Source: Steroidobacteraceae bacterium (GTDB taxonomy: Bacteria > Pseudomonadota > Gammaproteobacteria > Steroidobacterales > Steroidobacteraceae). From it: a stretch of DNA of 64,000 nt. Position numbers and translations under genes: made by a program. The stretch is taken from the NCBI GenBank assembly GCA_019683695.1, contig JADGHX010000002.1, forward strand, positions 7,846 through 71,845, read 5' to 3'. Position 1 is the stretch's first letter. The number at the start of each line of letters is the position of its first letter. Below, one piece after another: positions 35,963 to 44,822 of this stretch. Below the pieces are notes generated by a model. The model was not told the DNA's origin, did not search any database, and was given only the letters and a program-made list of their open reading frames with translations.

Positions 35963-37030
35963 TCAGGGCCGCCTGCGAGCAGCGGCTGGCCTGCGCACCG
36001 ACCTCTCGGCCCGCCGCCGCCGACTCTTTGCCTGCCGCGTGCCTCGTCGCGCATGCGCCAGCGACCTGTTCCCAGGCTCGACACTTTCCAGTGCCGCGGC
36101 ATGCGCAGCGAGCGCTTCCGCTGTCAGCAGGAACACGCCGCCACCGCCGCGTTCGAACTCCAGCCATATGAACGGCAGTTTCGGATAGGCCCGGCGCACT
36201 GCGCGTTCGGTGTTGCCCACCTCCACGATGAGCACACCGCCTGCACGCAGGTGGCGACCCGCTTCACTCAGAATGACTCGTACGGAGTCGAGGCCCGAGC
36301 GCCCGGCGGCGAGCGCCTCGCGCGGCTCGTGGCGATATTCGGGAGGCAGAGCGTTCAGCTCGCGCGCGCCCACGTAGGGCGGATTGCTCACGATGATATC
36401 GTAGGACTCGCCCTGCAGCGCGCGGAAATGGTCCGAAATGAGCAGCCGGACGCGCTTGCCGAGTCGATGCCGCCGCACATTCTCGCGGGCCACTTCGAGC
36501 GCATCGGCCGAGATGTCCACCGCATCCACGCGCGCATTCGGAAAGGCCTTTGCACACGCGATGGCGATGCAGCCCGACCCGGTGCCGATGTCCAGAATGC
36601 GCCGCACACGGCTCGCCGGCACCCACGGCGAGAAGCGCTGCTCGATCAGCTCGGCGATCGGGGAGCGCGGAATGAGTACACGCGGATCGACCTTGAACGG
36701 CAGTCCCGCAAACCACGTCTGCCCGGTGAGATATACGGCCGGAATGCGCTCGCGGATGCGCCGGTCGAACAACTCCTCCACGCGGGCCTGTCCGGCGGCG
36801 CTCACCCGCCGCTCATACACGCCCGGAGCGGGATTGTCCGGCAGCCGGAGCGCGTGCCATACGAGCGCGGCCGCATCGTCCCATGCGTTGTCGGTGCCGT
36901 GGCCGAAAAACACGCCGGCGCGCTGCAGGCGGCGGCTGCCGCGCTCGATCAGGTTTCGCACCGTGACCTTGGGGGTGCCTGCCCCGCTTCGGCGATGCGA
37001 CGGCGGACGCCTGTGGGATACTTCACTCAT
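35963..37030 (-). CDS. prmB: 50S ribosomal protein L3 N5-glutamine methyltransferase
   Basis: FFGHGTDNAWDDAAALV, IPAVYLTGQTWFAGLPFKVDPRVLIPRSP, ILDIGTGSGCIAIA and the NPPY motif (VSNPPYV) align well by eye with my recollection of E. coli PrmB. ATG 37030 is the start. The last roughly 45 aa form an Arg-rich tail of doubtful reality. Confidence 0.85.
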   Translation of the reverse strand: MSEVSHRRPPSHRRSGAGTPKVTVRNLIERGSRRLQRAGVFFGHGTDNAWDDAAALVWHALRLPDNPAPGVYERRVSAAGQARVEELFDRRIRERIPAVYLTGQTWFAGLPFKVDPRVLIPRSPIAELIEQRFSPWVPASRVRRILDIGTGSGCIAIACAKAFPNARVDAVDISADALEVARENVRRHRLGKRVRLLISDHFRALQGESYDIIVSNPPYVGARELNALPPEYRHEPREALAAGRSGLDSVRVILSEAGRHLRAGGVLIVEVGNTERAVRRAYPKLPFIWLEFERGGGGVFLLTAEALAAHAAALESVEPGNRSLAHARRGTRQAKSRRRRAERSVRRPAAARRRP

Positions 37031-37643
37031 GCAAACGAAACGCTCATGGTTGGTCTGGGGTGTGCTCGCCGTGGTGGCGGCGGTTGCGGGGTTCTGGGTG
37101 GCGCAGCAGTCGGCCAGCTCGGTGCCGCAGCTTACAAGCGGGACGTGGCTTCCGCAGCCTCGGGTGCTCGACAGTCTCTCGCTCACGGACGAATCGGGCC
37201 AGCCCTTCACACTGACTGAGCTGAAGGGGCGCCCGACCCTGGTGTTCTTCGGGTTCACCCACTGCCCGGACATCTGCCCGACCACGCTCGCCAAGCTTGC
37301 GCAGATTGCGAAGAGCTCCGGCGTCGAGAACCTGCGCGTGCTGCTCATCACCGTCGACCCGCAGCGAGACACGCCAGAGCAGCTCGCGCGGTACGTGCAC
37401 GCCTTCGATCCGAGCTTCAAAGGCGCGACCGGTGATCCAGAAGAGATTCAGCGCGTGGCGCGCGAGTTCGGCGTGCCGATTGCGCGGGTGGATCTGCCCG
37501 GCGGGGACTACACCGTGGATCATTCAGGCGTGGTGTTTCTGCTGGACGACCAGGCCAGACGCGTCGCGATTTTCACGCCGCCCATCGAAATCGAGCCGAC
37601 CGCAGCGGACATCCGCAGCGTTGCGGACCGCCTGCACGGGTGA
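37029..37643 (+). CDS. SCO-family copper chaperone / thiol-disulfide protein
   Basis: MQTKRSWLVWGVLAVVAAVAGFWV is the anchor, followed by LVFFGFTHCPDICP (CxxxC motif), TVDPQRDTPEQL and YTVDHSGVVFLLD. Confidence 0.9.
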   Translation: MQTKRSWLVWGVLAVVAAVAGFWVAQQSASSVPQLTSGTWLPQPRVLDSLSLTDESGQPFTLTELKGRPTLVFFGFTHCPDICPTTLAKLAQIAKSSGVENLRVLLITVDPQRDTPEQLARYVHAFDPSFKGATGDPEEIQRVAREFGVPIARVDLPGGDYTVDHSGVVFLLDDQARRVAIFTPPIEIEPTAADIRSVADRLHG

Positions 37644-37720
37644 ATGCCGCCGGCATCGCGAACGTCCCGGCCTGAAGTCTCTGCCGCAAAACGCCCGGCA
37701 CCGAGCATCCATGCATCAAC

Positions 37721-38635
37721 ATGAGCACGCCTGAAACCTCCACGCTCACCCCCGGCACGCACGAGCCTCCGACGCTGAAGCGGCGGCTGTTCGTGGGCAT
37801 GCAGCACGTGCTGCCCCAGCACCTGCTCACGAGCATTGTCCATGCGGCCACCCGGAGCCGCTCGCCGCGCATCAAGAACGCGCTCATCGGCAGCTTCATG
37901 CGCGGGTTCCGGCCCGAGATGAGCGACGCGGTGGAGCCGGATCCGTTCGCGTATCCCACGTTCAACGACTTCTTCACGCGCCCGCTTCGGCCGGAGACGC
38001 GCCCCATCGCACGGGATGCGGGCACGCTCGTCTCTCCCGTGGACGGGACCGTGAGTCAGCTCGGGCGCATCGAGGGGACGCAACTCTTTCAGGCGAAGGG
38101 GCGCCACTACACGCTCGATGCACTGCTCGCAGATGAAAAGGAGTGGAGCGCCCGGTTCAAGGGCGGAGCGTTCGCCACGCTGTATCTGGCACCGTACAAC
38201 TACCACCGCATTCACATGCCGCTGGCCGGCACGCTGAAGGCCGCCTGGTATGTGCCGGGGAAGCTGTTCAGCGTGAATGCCACGACGGCTGCGGCGGTGG
38301 ATAACCTGTTCGCGCGCAACGAGCGGGTGGTGTGCATCTTCGAGCATGGGTCACTGCAGTTCGCGATGATTCTCGTGGGCGCGCTTTTCGTGGGCAGCAT
38401 GTCCACCGTCTGGCATGGGGATATCACACCGCGGCGGCCGCGCACACCCTGCAGCCTGCCCGTCACAGGTTTGCGCGCGCCTGCGCACCTGCAAGCCGGG
38501 GAAGAGATGGGGCGCTTCAATATGGGCTCGACCGTGATTCTCCTGCTGCCGCCGGGCACAACCCAGTGGCGCGCGGATCTGCGAAGCGGCACCGTCATTC
38601 GCATGGGGCAGCCGCTCGCACGCCTGAGTGAATGA
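37721..38635 (+). CDS. psd: phosphatidylserine decarboxylase proenzyme
   Basis: FNDFFTRPLRPE, SPVDGTVSQ, LAPYNYHRIHMP, NERVV and the cleavage-site motif FNMGSTVILL (GST) are present. Confidence 0.93.
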   Translation: MSTPETSTLTPGTHEPPTLKRRLFVGMQHVLPQHLLTSIVHAATRSRSPRIKNALIGSFMRGFRPEMSDAVEPDPFAYPTFNDFFTRPLRPETRPIARDAGTLVSPVDGTVSQLGRIEGTQLFQAKGRHYTLDALLADEKEWSARFKGGAFATLYLAPYNYHRIHMPLAGTLKAAWYVPGKLFSVNATTAAAVDNLFARNERVVCIFEHGSLQFAMILVGALFVGSMSTVWHGDITPRRPRTPCSLPVTGLRAPAHLQAGEEMGRFNMGSTVILLLPPGTTQWRADLRSGTVIRMGQPLARLSE

Positions 38636-39651
38636 ACAGCGGGAATGACTGGCGCCCCACGGCGAGCCGCGCAATGCTCGAGCGGCGCGCGGCGGCTTTC
38701 GCTCAGGTGCGGGCCTTCTTCGCGGAACGCGGCGTTCTGGAGGTGGACACACCCGTCATCGTGAACGCGCCGGTGTCCGACGTTCACATTCACTCCGCCG
38801 AAGTGCGCTTTCCCGACGATCCGGTCACCTCGCCCGAGGACTCTTCGACCGCCGCGGGCGTGCCGCGTGCGCGCTTTTTCCTGCACACCTCGCCAGAGTT
38901 TGCGATGAAGCGCCTGCTCGCCGCGGGCAGTGGTGACATCTACCAGATTTGCCACGTCGCTCGCGGCCTGGAGCGCGGTCGCTATCACAACGCTGAATTC
39001 ACGTTGATCGAGTGGTATCGGCTCGGCTTCACGCTCGAAGCGCTCATGGACGAGGTGGAGGCGCTCGTTCGCGCCGTGATCGGCCCGGCTGCACGCGCGC
39101 TTGCGAGCGAGCGCATCACCTACCAGCAGGCATTTCTGCGCGAGGCCGGCATCGATCCGCTCGCGTGCCCGGATGAGGAGCTCGTGCGCGCAGCGCGCGA
39201 GCTGGGCTTCGAGCCGCACTCCACAGGCGCGGCCCGGGATGAGCTGCTCGAGCTGCTCATGGGCGCGAAGATCGGGCCGCGGCTGGGCCAGCAGGCTCTC
39301 ACCTTCGTGCATCGGTACCCTGCTTCACAGGCCGCGCTCGCGCGGCTGGACCCGAACGATGCCCGTTGCGCGCTTCGCTTCGAGCTGTACTGCAAAGGCA
39401 TCGAGCTGGCGAACGGCTTTCACGAGCTGGCCTCCGCGCAAGAGCAACGCACGCGTTTCGAGGCGGACCTTGCGGAGCGCGCGCGCCGCGGCCTGCCCAC
39501 GTACAGCCTCGATGAGCGGCTGCTTGCGGCGCTCGAATCCGGGCTGCCGGAGTGCTCGGGCGTGGCGCTGGGATTCGATCGATTGCTGATGCTTGCGGCG
39601 GATGCGCAGCACATCGATGACGTGATTCCGTTCCCCACCGAGCGCGCGTAG
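38632..39651 (+). CDS. epmA: EF-P lysine aminoacylase (EF-P--(R)-beta-lysine ligase)
   Basis: RAFFAERGVLEVDTP, FLHTSPEFAMKRLLAAG, IYQICHVAR..ERGRYHNAEFTLIEWY, ELANGFHEL and GVALGFDRLLML are class II LysRS-like core motifs without an anticodon domain. It overlaps the psd stop as ATGA. Confidence 0.9.
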   Translation: MNSGNDWRPTASRAMLERRAAAFAQVRAFFAERGVLEVDTPVIVNAPVSDVHIHSAEVRFPDDPVTSPEDSSTAAGVPRARFFLHTSPEFAMKRLLAAGSGDIYQICHVARGLERGRYHNAEFTLIEWYRLGFTLEALMDEVEALVRAVIGPAARALASERITYQQAFLREAGIDPLACPDEELVRAARELGFEPHSTGAARDELLELLMGAKIGPRLGQQALTFVHRYPASQAALARLDPNDARCALRFELYCKGIELANGFHELASAQEQRTRFEADLAERARRGLPTYSLDERLLAALESGLPECSGVALGFDRLLMLAADAQHIDDVIPFPTERA

Positions 39652-39842
39652 GCGCTGCGCATGGCGAAGACGTTCTTTCGCCCCTGCAGAATGAAGAAGA
39701 CCAACGTCACGTTCAGCACGGAAGGTGACTGCGCGTCGCATCGTGCGAGCCGCGGCCCTGCCGGCAACAACCTTGGGTGTCGGGCGCTCAGGCAGTACCA
39801 TCAGCTCGCAAATCCTTCCTGCCGAACGCTCGTGAGACGCGC

Positions 39843-40352
39843 ATGAGTCATGTGAGCAAGCGCTACCTGTTCAAGGACAAGGACGCCGATTACGCGGCGC
39901 TCGCCGACGAGTTGCGTGCTCTTCTCACGGGTGAAACGGATGTGATCGCGAACACGGCGAACGCCACGTCGCTCATCTTTCATGCGCTGCCGGACCTGAA
40001 CTGGTGCGGCGTGTACTTCCTGAAGAACGGCGAGCTGGTTGTCGGGCCGTTCCAGGGCAAGCCGGCTTGTGTGCGCATCGCGCTCGGCAAGGGGGTGTGC
40101 GGAACGGCCGCGGCCGAGCGCAGAACGATCGTGGTGCCCGACGTGAATGCCTTCCCGGGGCACATTGCGTGTGACGCGGCGTCCCGGTCGGAGATTGTGA
40201 TTCCGTTGATCGCGGAAGGAGCGCTGCTGGGCGTGCTCGATCTGGACAGCCCCCGCCTCGCGCGCTTCGATGAGGCGGATCGCCGCGGGCTGGAGCGACT
40301 CGCCGCCGAGATCGTCGCCGGCATGCAGCGAGCGACGGATCCGCCGGCGTAA
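39843..40352 (+). CDS. msrC: GAF-domain free methionine-(R)-sulfoxide reductase
   Basis: It is closely colinear with my recollection of E. coli YebR/MsrC: NWCGVYFLKNGELVVGPFQGKPACVRIALGKGVCGTAAA...FPGHIACDAASRSEIVIPL...GVLDLDS. Confidence 0.85.
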   Translation: MSHVSKRYLFKDKDADYAALADELRALLTGETDVIANTANATSLIFHALPDLNWCGVYFLKNGELVVGPFQGKPACVRIALGKGVCGTAAAERRTIVVPDVNAFPGHIACDAASRSEIVIPLIAEGALLGVLDLDSPRLARFDEADRRGLERLAAEIVAGMQRATDPPA

Positions 40353-40377
40353 CGGCCGCCGCCCGGGGCGGCGGCCG
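40353..40377. terminator. GC-rich perfect hairpin between convergent msrC and efp (bidirectional terminator candidate)
   Basis: CGGCCGCCGCCC-G-GGGCGGCGGCCG has 12-nt complementary arms and starts immediately after the msrC stop. No clear U-tract is present. Confidence 0.5.
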
Positions 40378-40392
40378 AAGCCCATCGTGAGA

Positions 40393-40962
40393 TCAGCCCT
40401 TGGCGCGGGAGATGTATGCGCCCGTGCGGGTGTCGATGCGCACAACTTCGCCTTCGTTGATGAACAGCGGCACGCGCACGACGGCCCCGGTTTCCAGCTT
40501 GGCCGGCTTCTGCCCGCCGGTGGCGGTATCCCCACGCACGCCCGGGTCGGTCTCGACCACCTTCAGCTCGATGTGCGCCGGGGGCGTGACCACGAGCGGC
40601 TCGTTGTTCCACAGCGTGACGATGCAGACCACGCCATCCTTCAGCCACTGGGCCGCCTCGCCGACGGCGGCACGGCTCGCCGTGTACTGCTCGAAGCTGT
40701 CGGGCACCATGAAGTGGAAGAAGTCGCCGTCCTGATAGAGATATTGCATCTCGATGTCCATGACGTCGGCGGCTTCGAGGGACTCACCGGAGCGCCAGGT
40801 GCGCTCGATGACACGGCCCGTGCGCAGGTTCCGCACCTTGATGCGATTGAACGCCTGGCCCTTGCCCGGCTTCACGAACTCGTTCTCGACGATAGCGTAC
40901 GGGTCTCCATCGAGCAGCACCTTCATGCCACCGCGCAACTCGCTGGTTGTGTAGCTCGCCAT
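40393..40962 (-). CDS. efp: elongation factor P
   Basis: ATG 40962 gives [51 protein letters not shown]. The KPGKGQA loop carries the modified Lys, and the C-terminus is [33 protein letters not shown]. Confidence 0.95.
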   Translation of the reverse strand: MASYTTSELRGGMKVLLDGDPYAIVENEFVKPGKGQAFNRIKVRNLRTGRVIERTWRSGESLEAADVMDIEMQYLYQDGDFFHFMVPDSFEQYTASRAAVGEAAQWLKDGVVCIVTLWNNEPLVVTPPAHIELKVVETDPGVRGDTATGGQKPAKLETGAVVRVPLFINEGEVVRIDTRTGAYISRAKG

Positions 40963-41095
40963 TTCTTTCTCGCAGTGGGGTCCGCACAATGGGCCCCGGC
41001 TGAAAACCGGCGCATCCCGCGCCGCTGGATTGAAACCGCACGTACGGTACCGCGACCTTCCGGGGTCGCCGGGCCCGCCCGCTGAAAAGTCGCGC

Positions 41096-42127
41096 ATGAT
41101 AACGGCATCTTCCCCAACCCGCCACCCGGCGGCCGTCCGCTGGCAGCATGAGATGGCCTCCGCCATCACGAGCGCCGAGGAGCTCATCGACACGCTCGGG
41201 CTCGATCGCTCACTGATCGAGCCGGCTCGTCAGGTCGCCACCCAGTTCGCCGTGCGCGTGCCGCGCGGGTACGTGGCGCGCATGCGCCGTGGCGACCCGA
41301 ATGATCCGCTGCTCAGGCAGGTGCTGCCGCTCGCGGCGGAGGGCGAGTCCGTGCCGCAGTTCGGGCCCGATCCGCTGGGCGAACGCGCGGCCCTGCGCGC
41401 CCCGGGGCTGCTCCACAAGTACCACGGCCGTGCCTTGCTCATCACGACCTCGGCCTGTGCCGTTCACTGCCGATACTGCTTTCGTCGCGAGTTCCCCTAT
41501 GCAGAGCAGACCGGCGAAGGCGCCCGGTACAGCGAAGCCTTGCGCGTCATCGCGGAGGACACCTCGCTCGAGGAGGTGATTCTGAGCGGCGGAGACCCGT
41601 TGTCACTCGGCGATGCCCGGCTCACGTCCCTCACCAATGCGCTGTGCCAAATTCCGCACGTGAAGCGGTTGCGCGTGCATACGCGGCAGCCCATCGTGCT
41701 CCCCTCGCGCGTGGACGCGGGGCTGCTGGCGTGGCTTGACAGCGTTTCGATACCGACCGTGTTCGTGCTGCATGCGAACCACCCGAACGAGATCGACGAG
41801 TCGGTGCGAACCGCCCTCGCCCAACTGCGCGCCCGAGGCGTCACGCTCTTGAATCAGAGCGTGCTCCTGCGGGGAGTGAACGACGACGCCGACGTCCTCA
41901 CCTCGCTCTCGCGTGTTCTTTTCGATGCAGGCGTGCTGCCGTACTACCTGCACGTGCTCGACCGCGTATCGGGTACCGCGCATTTCGAGGTTGCGAAGGA
42001 GGTGGCGCAGCGGCTCGCAGGAACGCTCGCCGCGCGACTGCCCGGCTATCTCGTTCCGAAGCTGGTACGGGAAGTCGAAGGCGCGCCTGCCAAGCTGACA
42101 CTGCTCCCACGCTTCGCTGAAAAGTGA
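41096..42127 (+). CDS. epmB: EF-P beta-lysylation protein (lysine 2,3-aminomutase-like radical SAM)
   Basis: [29 protein letters not shown] is the CxxxCxxC radical-SAM cluster motif, followed by ILSGGDPL and the [14 protein letters not shown] motif. It is divergent from efp. Confidence 0.9.
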   Translation: MITASSPTRHPAAVRWQHEMASAITSAEELIDTLGLDRSLIEPARQVATQFAVRVPRGYVARMRRGDPNDPLLRQVLPLAAEGESVPQFGPDPLGERAALRAPGLLHKYHGRALLITTSACAVHCRYCFRREFPYAEQTGEGARYSEALRVIAEDTSLEEVILSGGDPLSLGDARLTSLTNALCQIPHVKRLRVHTRQPIVLPSRVDAGLLAWLDSVSIPTVFVLHANHPNEIDESVRTALAQLRARGVTLLNQSVLLRGVNDDADVLTSLSRVLFDAGVLPYYLHVLDRVSGTAHFEVAKEVAQRLAGTLAARLPGYLVPKLVREVEGAPAKLTLLPRFAEK

Positions 42128-42194
42128 GCGGCGCCGCATGCTGGGGGCGAACGCGCCCCGCTAGAATCCGCGCGATTTCGTCCCGCCGAAGAAT

Positions 42195-44267
42195 GTGATG
42201 GAGGTCACGTTGGCCGAGCAGAAAGCCGTTCCGCTCATCGTTCTGAGCACGGCGCGCGAACCCGTCGAGTCGATCAACAGCATCCTGCGGCGGGCGGGAC
42301 ATCCGGTTCATTGCACGTGGATTCCCTCGCTTCGCGACCTGGGCGACGCCCTCACCCAGATCAACCCCGAGCTGCTGCTCTATGTCGATACCGGCAACGA
42401 CGAGCTGACTTCGGCCGTCACCGTGCGGGATCAGCTGGCACCCACGGTGCCGCTCATCGTGGTCGCCGATGGCTTCGACGAGAGCCGTATCGCCGTGGCC
42501 ATGGCCAACGGCGCGCGCGACGTGGTGTCCATCGCCAACCCGGCGCGACTGCAGGCGGTAATGAGTCGCGAGCTGCGCTCCTTCCGCCTGGAGCGCGCGC
42601 TCGAAACCACACTCAAGTCCGCGCGGGATGCGCGCAAGCAGCTCGAGACGGTGCTCGAGCGCTCGAACGATGCGATCGTGGAGGTCCAGGAAGGCATCAT
42701 CGTCGATGCGAACCCCTCCTGGCTCGAGCTGTTCGGTATCGTGAACGCGGAGGACCTCGTCGGCCAGCCCATCATGGACCTGTTCGAGGAGGCGAAGCAT
42801 CCCGCGCTGAAGGGCGCGCTCGCGGCGTGCCTGAACGGGCGCTGGAGCGATCACACGCTGAAGCTCAATGCAGTGCTCGCGGACGGCACACTGCTGCCCA
42901 TGGAGCTCGTTCTCACGCTTGGCGAGCACGATGGCGAGCCCTGCGTGCGCATGGTGGTGCCCGCACGTTCTCGGGATGAGCGCGCGATTGCGGACGATCT
43001 TGCCGACGCCGTGCGGCGTGACCCGTCCACGGGGCTTCTCTATCGGCGCCCATTGCTCGAAGCAATCGCCGAGCGGCTGCGCACGCCCGCACCCGGCGGT
43101 GTGCGCTACTTCGCCGTCGTGAAGCCAGACAAGTTCGCGAGCGTTGAGCAGGACGTCGGCATCACCGCCAGTGAGCAGGTGCTGATCGAGTTCGCCACGC
43201 TCCTCAAGGAACACCTGAACCCCAAGGACATCGCGGGTCGATTCGGCGGCGTCGGCTTCCTCGTCCTGCTCGAGCGCGGGAACGAGCGCGACGTCGAAGC
43301 CTGGGTCGAGCAGCTCATCGCGAAGGCCGCAAAAAACGTGGTGCGCATCGGCGAGAAGCAACTCTCCGTCACGTGCACCGTGGGTCTCAGCGTGGTGCCG
43401 CCCGCCGGCACCAATGCCGATGCCGCCATTGCGGACGCACTGGATGCCTGCCGCAGAGGCCGCGCTCGCGGTGGCAACCAGAGTGTCACGTCCGACAAGG
43501 CGGACAACGACGCCCGAGTGCAGTCCTACGACAAGGTGTGGGTGAAGCACATCAAGGCCGCGCTCATGGAAAACCGCTTCCGGCTCGTGCAGCAGCCGGT
43601 GGCGAGCCTGCAGGGCGATGACCTGGGCATGTTCGACGTGCTCGTGCGCATGATTGATGCGCAGGGCAAGGAAGTGCTGCCCGCGGAATTCATGGCCGCG
43701 GCCGAACGCAACGATCTGCTGAAGAACATCGATCGTTGGGTCGTCGGCGCATCGCTCTCCTTCGCCGCGCAGCGCAAGCCCGGCTGCCTGTTCGTGCGCC
43801 TGTCGAAGGACACGGTGCGTGACCCCTCCTTCCTCGGCTGGCTGGACAATCACATCCGCGCAAGCCGCGCGGACCCTGCGCGCATCAGCTTCCAGGTACC
43901 GGAGAATGTCGCCGCCACGCATCTCAACGAGGCCTCGGGGCTTGCCGCGTCGCTGCGCCAGCGGGGCTTCCGCTTCACGCTCGAAGCCTTCGGCGCGGGC
44001 CGCGACCCGTTCGGGCTGCTCGCCTCCTTCCCGCTGGATTTCGTGAAGATCGACGGCGCCATCGTGCAGAACCTCGCGGGCGACAACGAGCTGCAGGACA
44101 GGGTGCGCAAACTCGTGGAAGCCGCCGGCAAGCGCAACGTGCAAACGATCGCCGAGCGCGTCGAGAACGCGAACACGATGGCGGTGCTGTGGCAGCTCGG
44201 CGTTCAGTTCATCCAGGGCTACTTCGTCAACGCGCCGGAAGAAGTTGTGTTGCGCGCGGAGCGGTAG
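42195..44267 (+). CDS. fimX: FimX-like c-di-GMP effector: degenerate REC - PAS - degenerate GGDEF - degenerate EAL
   Basis: The REC-like N-terminus lacks the acidic pair (LIVLSTAREP). The PAS region is LETVLERSNDAIVEVQEGIIVDANPSWLELFG. The GGDEF position reads RFGGVGF. The EAL position reads GKEVLPAEFM (EVL, as I recall for FimX). Later EAL-domain motifs are retained (DRWV, FTLEAFG, DFVKIDG, IAERVE, GVQFIQGYF). Confidence 0.75.
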   Translation: MMEVTLAEQKAVPLIVLSTAREPVESINSILRRAGHPVHCTWIPSLRDLGDALTQINPELLLYVDTGNDELTSAVTVRDQLAPTVPLIVVADGFDESRIAVAMANGARDVVSIANPARLQAVMSRELRSFRLERALETTLKSARDARKQLETVLERSNDAIVEVQEGIIVDANPSWLELFGIVNAEDLVGQPIMDLFEEAKHPALKGALAACLNGRWSDHTLKLNAVLADGTLLPMELVLTLGEHDGEPCVRMVVPARSRDERAIADDLADAVRRDPSTGLLYRRPLLEAIAERLRTPAPGGVRYFAVVKPDKFASVEQDVGITASEQVLIEFATLLKEHLNPKDIAGRFGGVGFLVLLERGNERDVEAWVEQLIAKAAKNVVRIGEKQLSVTCTVGLSVVPPAGTNADAAIADALDACRRGRARGGNQSVTSDKADNDARVQSYDKVWVKHIKAALMENRFRLVQQPVASLQGDDLGMFDVLVRMIDAQGKEVLPAEFMAAAERNDLLKNIDRWVVGASLSFAAQRKPGCLFVRLSKDTVRDPSFLGWLDNHIRASRADPARISFQVPENVAATHLNEASGLAASLRQRGFRFTLEAFGAGRDPFGLLASFPLDFVKIDGAIVQNLAGDNELQDRVRKLVEAAGKRNVQTIAERVENANTMAVLWQLGVQFIQGYFVNAPEEVVLRAER

Positions 44268-44336
44268 ACCAGAGCGCTGACTTGTAGAAGCGTCAGGCGG
44301 GCCGAGCCTGCGGTGGCGACGGGGACGCGATGTTCT

Positions 44337-44542
44337 TCAGTCCCGGTCGCGCACGGCTGCAATCAGCACCGACCCGTCGAGCCGCCTCAGCGCGATCGGC
44401 GGCCGAGAGCAGACCCTGCAAATTCACCCGTCAGCGCGAGGGCCGGCTGCGGCGGCAGCGGCGCCGGCATGAACGCCCGATAGCCAGTCTGCTGAGCGAT
44501 GTACCGACCTGCCCGCGTAGAGGCTTCCGCGCTACTCGCCAT
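44337..44542 (-). pseudogene. frameshifted, truncated N-terminal remnant of a Fic-family (Fic_N) protein
   Basis: The minus strand from ATG 44542 reads MASSAEASTRAGRYIAQQTGYRAFMPAPLPPQPALALTGE, then stops at 44387. The expected continuation is split over the +1 frame (LQGLLSAADRA) and the +2 frame (ALRRLDGSVL...). This matches the Fic_N pattern G.Y..Q..GY.AF.P.PLPP...L......LL.eA.rALGrLdG (from memory). No Fic core (HPFxxGNG) follows. Confidence 0.45.
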
Positions 44543-44773
44543 CCGAGTGGCTGCCTTTCATAAGGGTCCAAGGCGACGCCATGTGATAGGCAGCGTTTAG
44601 CAAGGATGGAAGCTGCCCGCCTTGTTTTGGTTTCCTGCAGATGGGCGTGGAGGGGTTCTCCTGATAGGACAGCCGGCGCCGTCGGTCGCGTTGCTCAAAC
44701 GCCCAGCTCACCGCCACTCAATGCGCACGGCGGGCGTGGGAGCACGCCGTGCGCGGATCCTCACCCTTGGCGG

Positions 44774-44797
44774 CTGCCCGCTCGAGTGAGCGGGCAG
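44774..44797 (-). terminator. 10-bp perfect hairpin downstream of the amidohydrolase operon
   Basis: CTGCCCGCTC-gagt-GAGCGGGCAG lies 26 nt beyond the stop at 44823. No U-tract is present. Confidence 0.4.
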
Positions 44798-44822
44798 TCC
44801 GGTGTGGCGCTCCTCGCGGTGT

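Noticed and set aside
35963-36110. An Arg-rich C-terminal extension of about 45 aa on PrmB (…RRGTRQAKSRRRRAERSVRRPAAARRRP).
   Set aside because: Its composition looks like read-through of non-coding GC-rich DNA until the first chance stop, not a conserved domain. It may be real but is not evidence of new function. A sequencing error creating a missed stop cannot be excluded.
38632-42127. The efp / epmA / epmB cluster interrupted by msrC, considered as something unusual.
   Set aside because: All four genes are well-known housekeeping functions. Loose clustering of the EF-P modification genes around efp is ordinary, and I see no sign of a new component.
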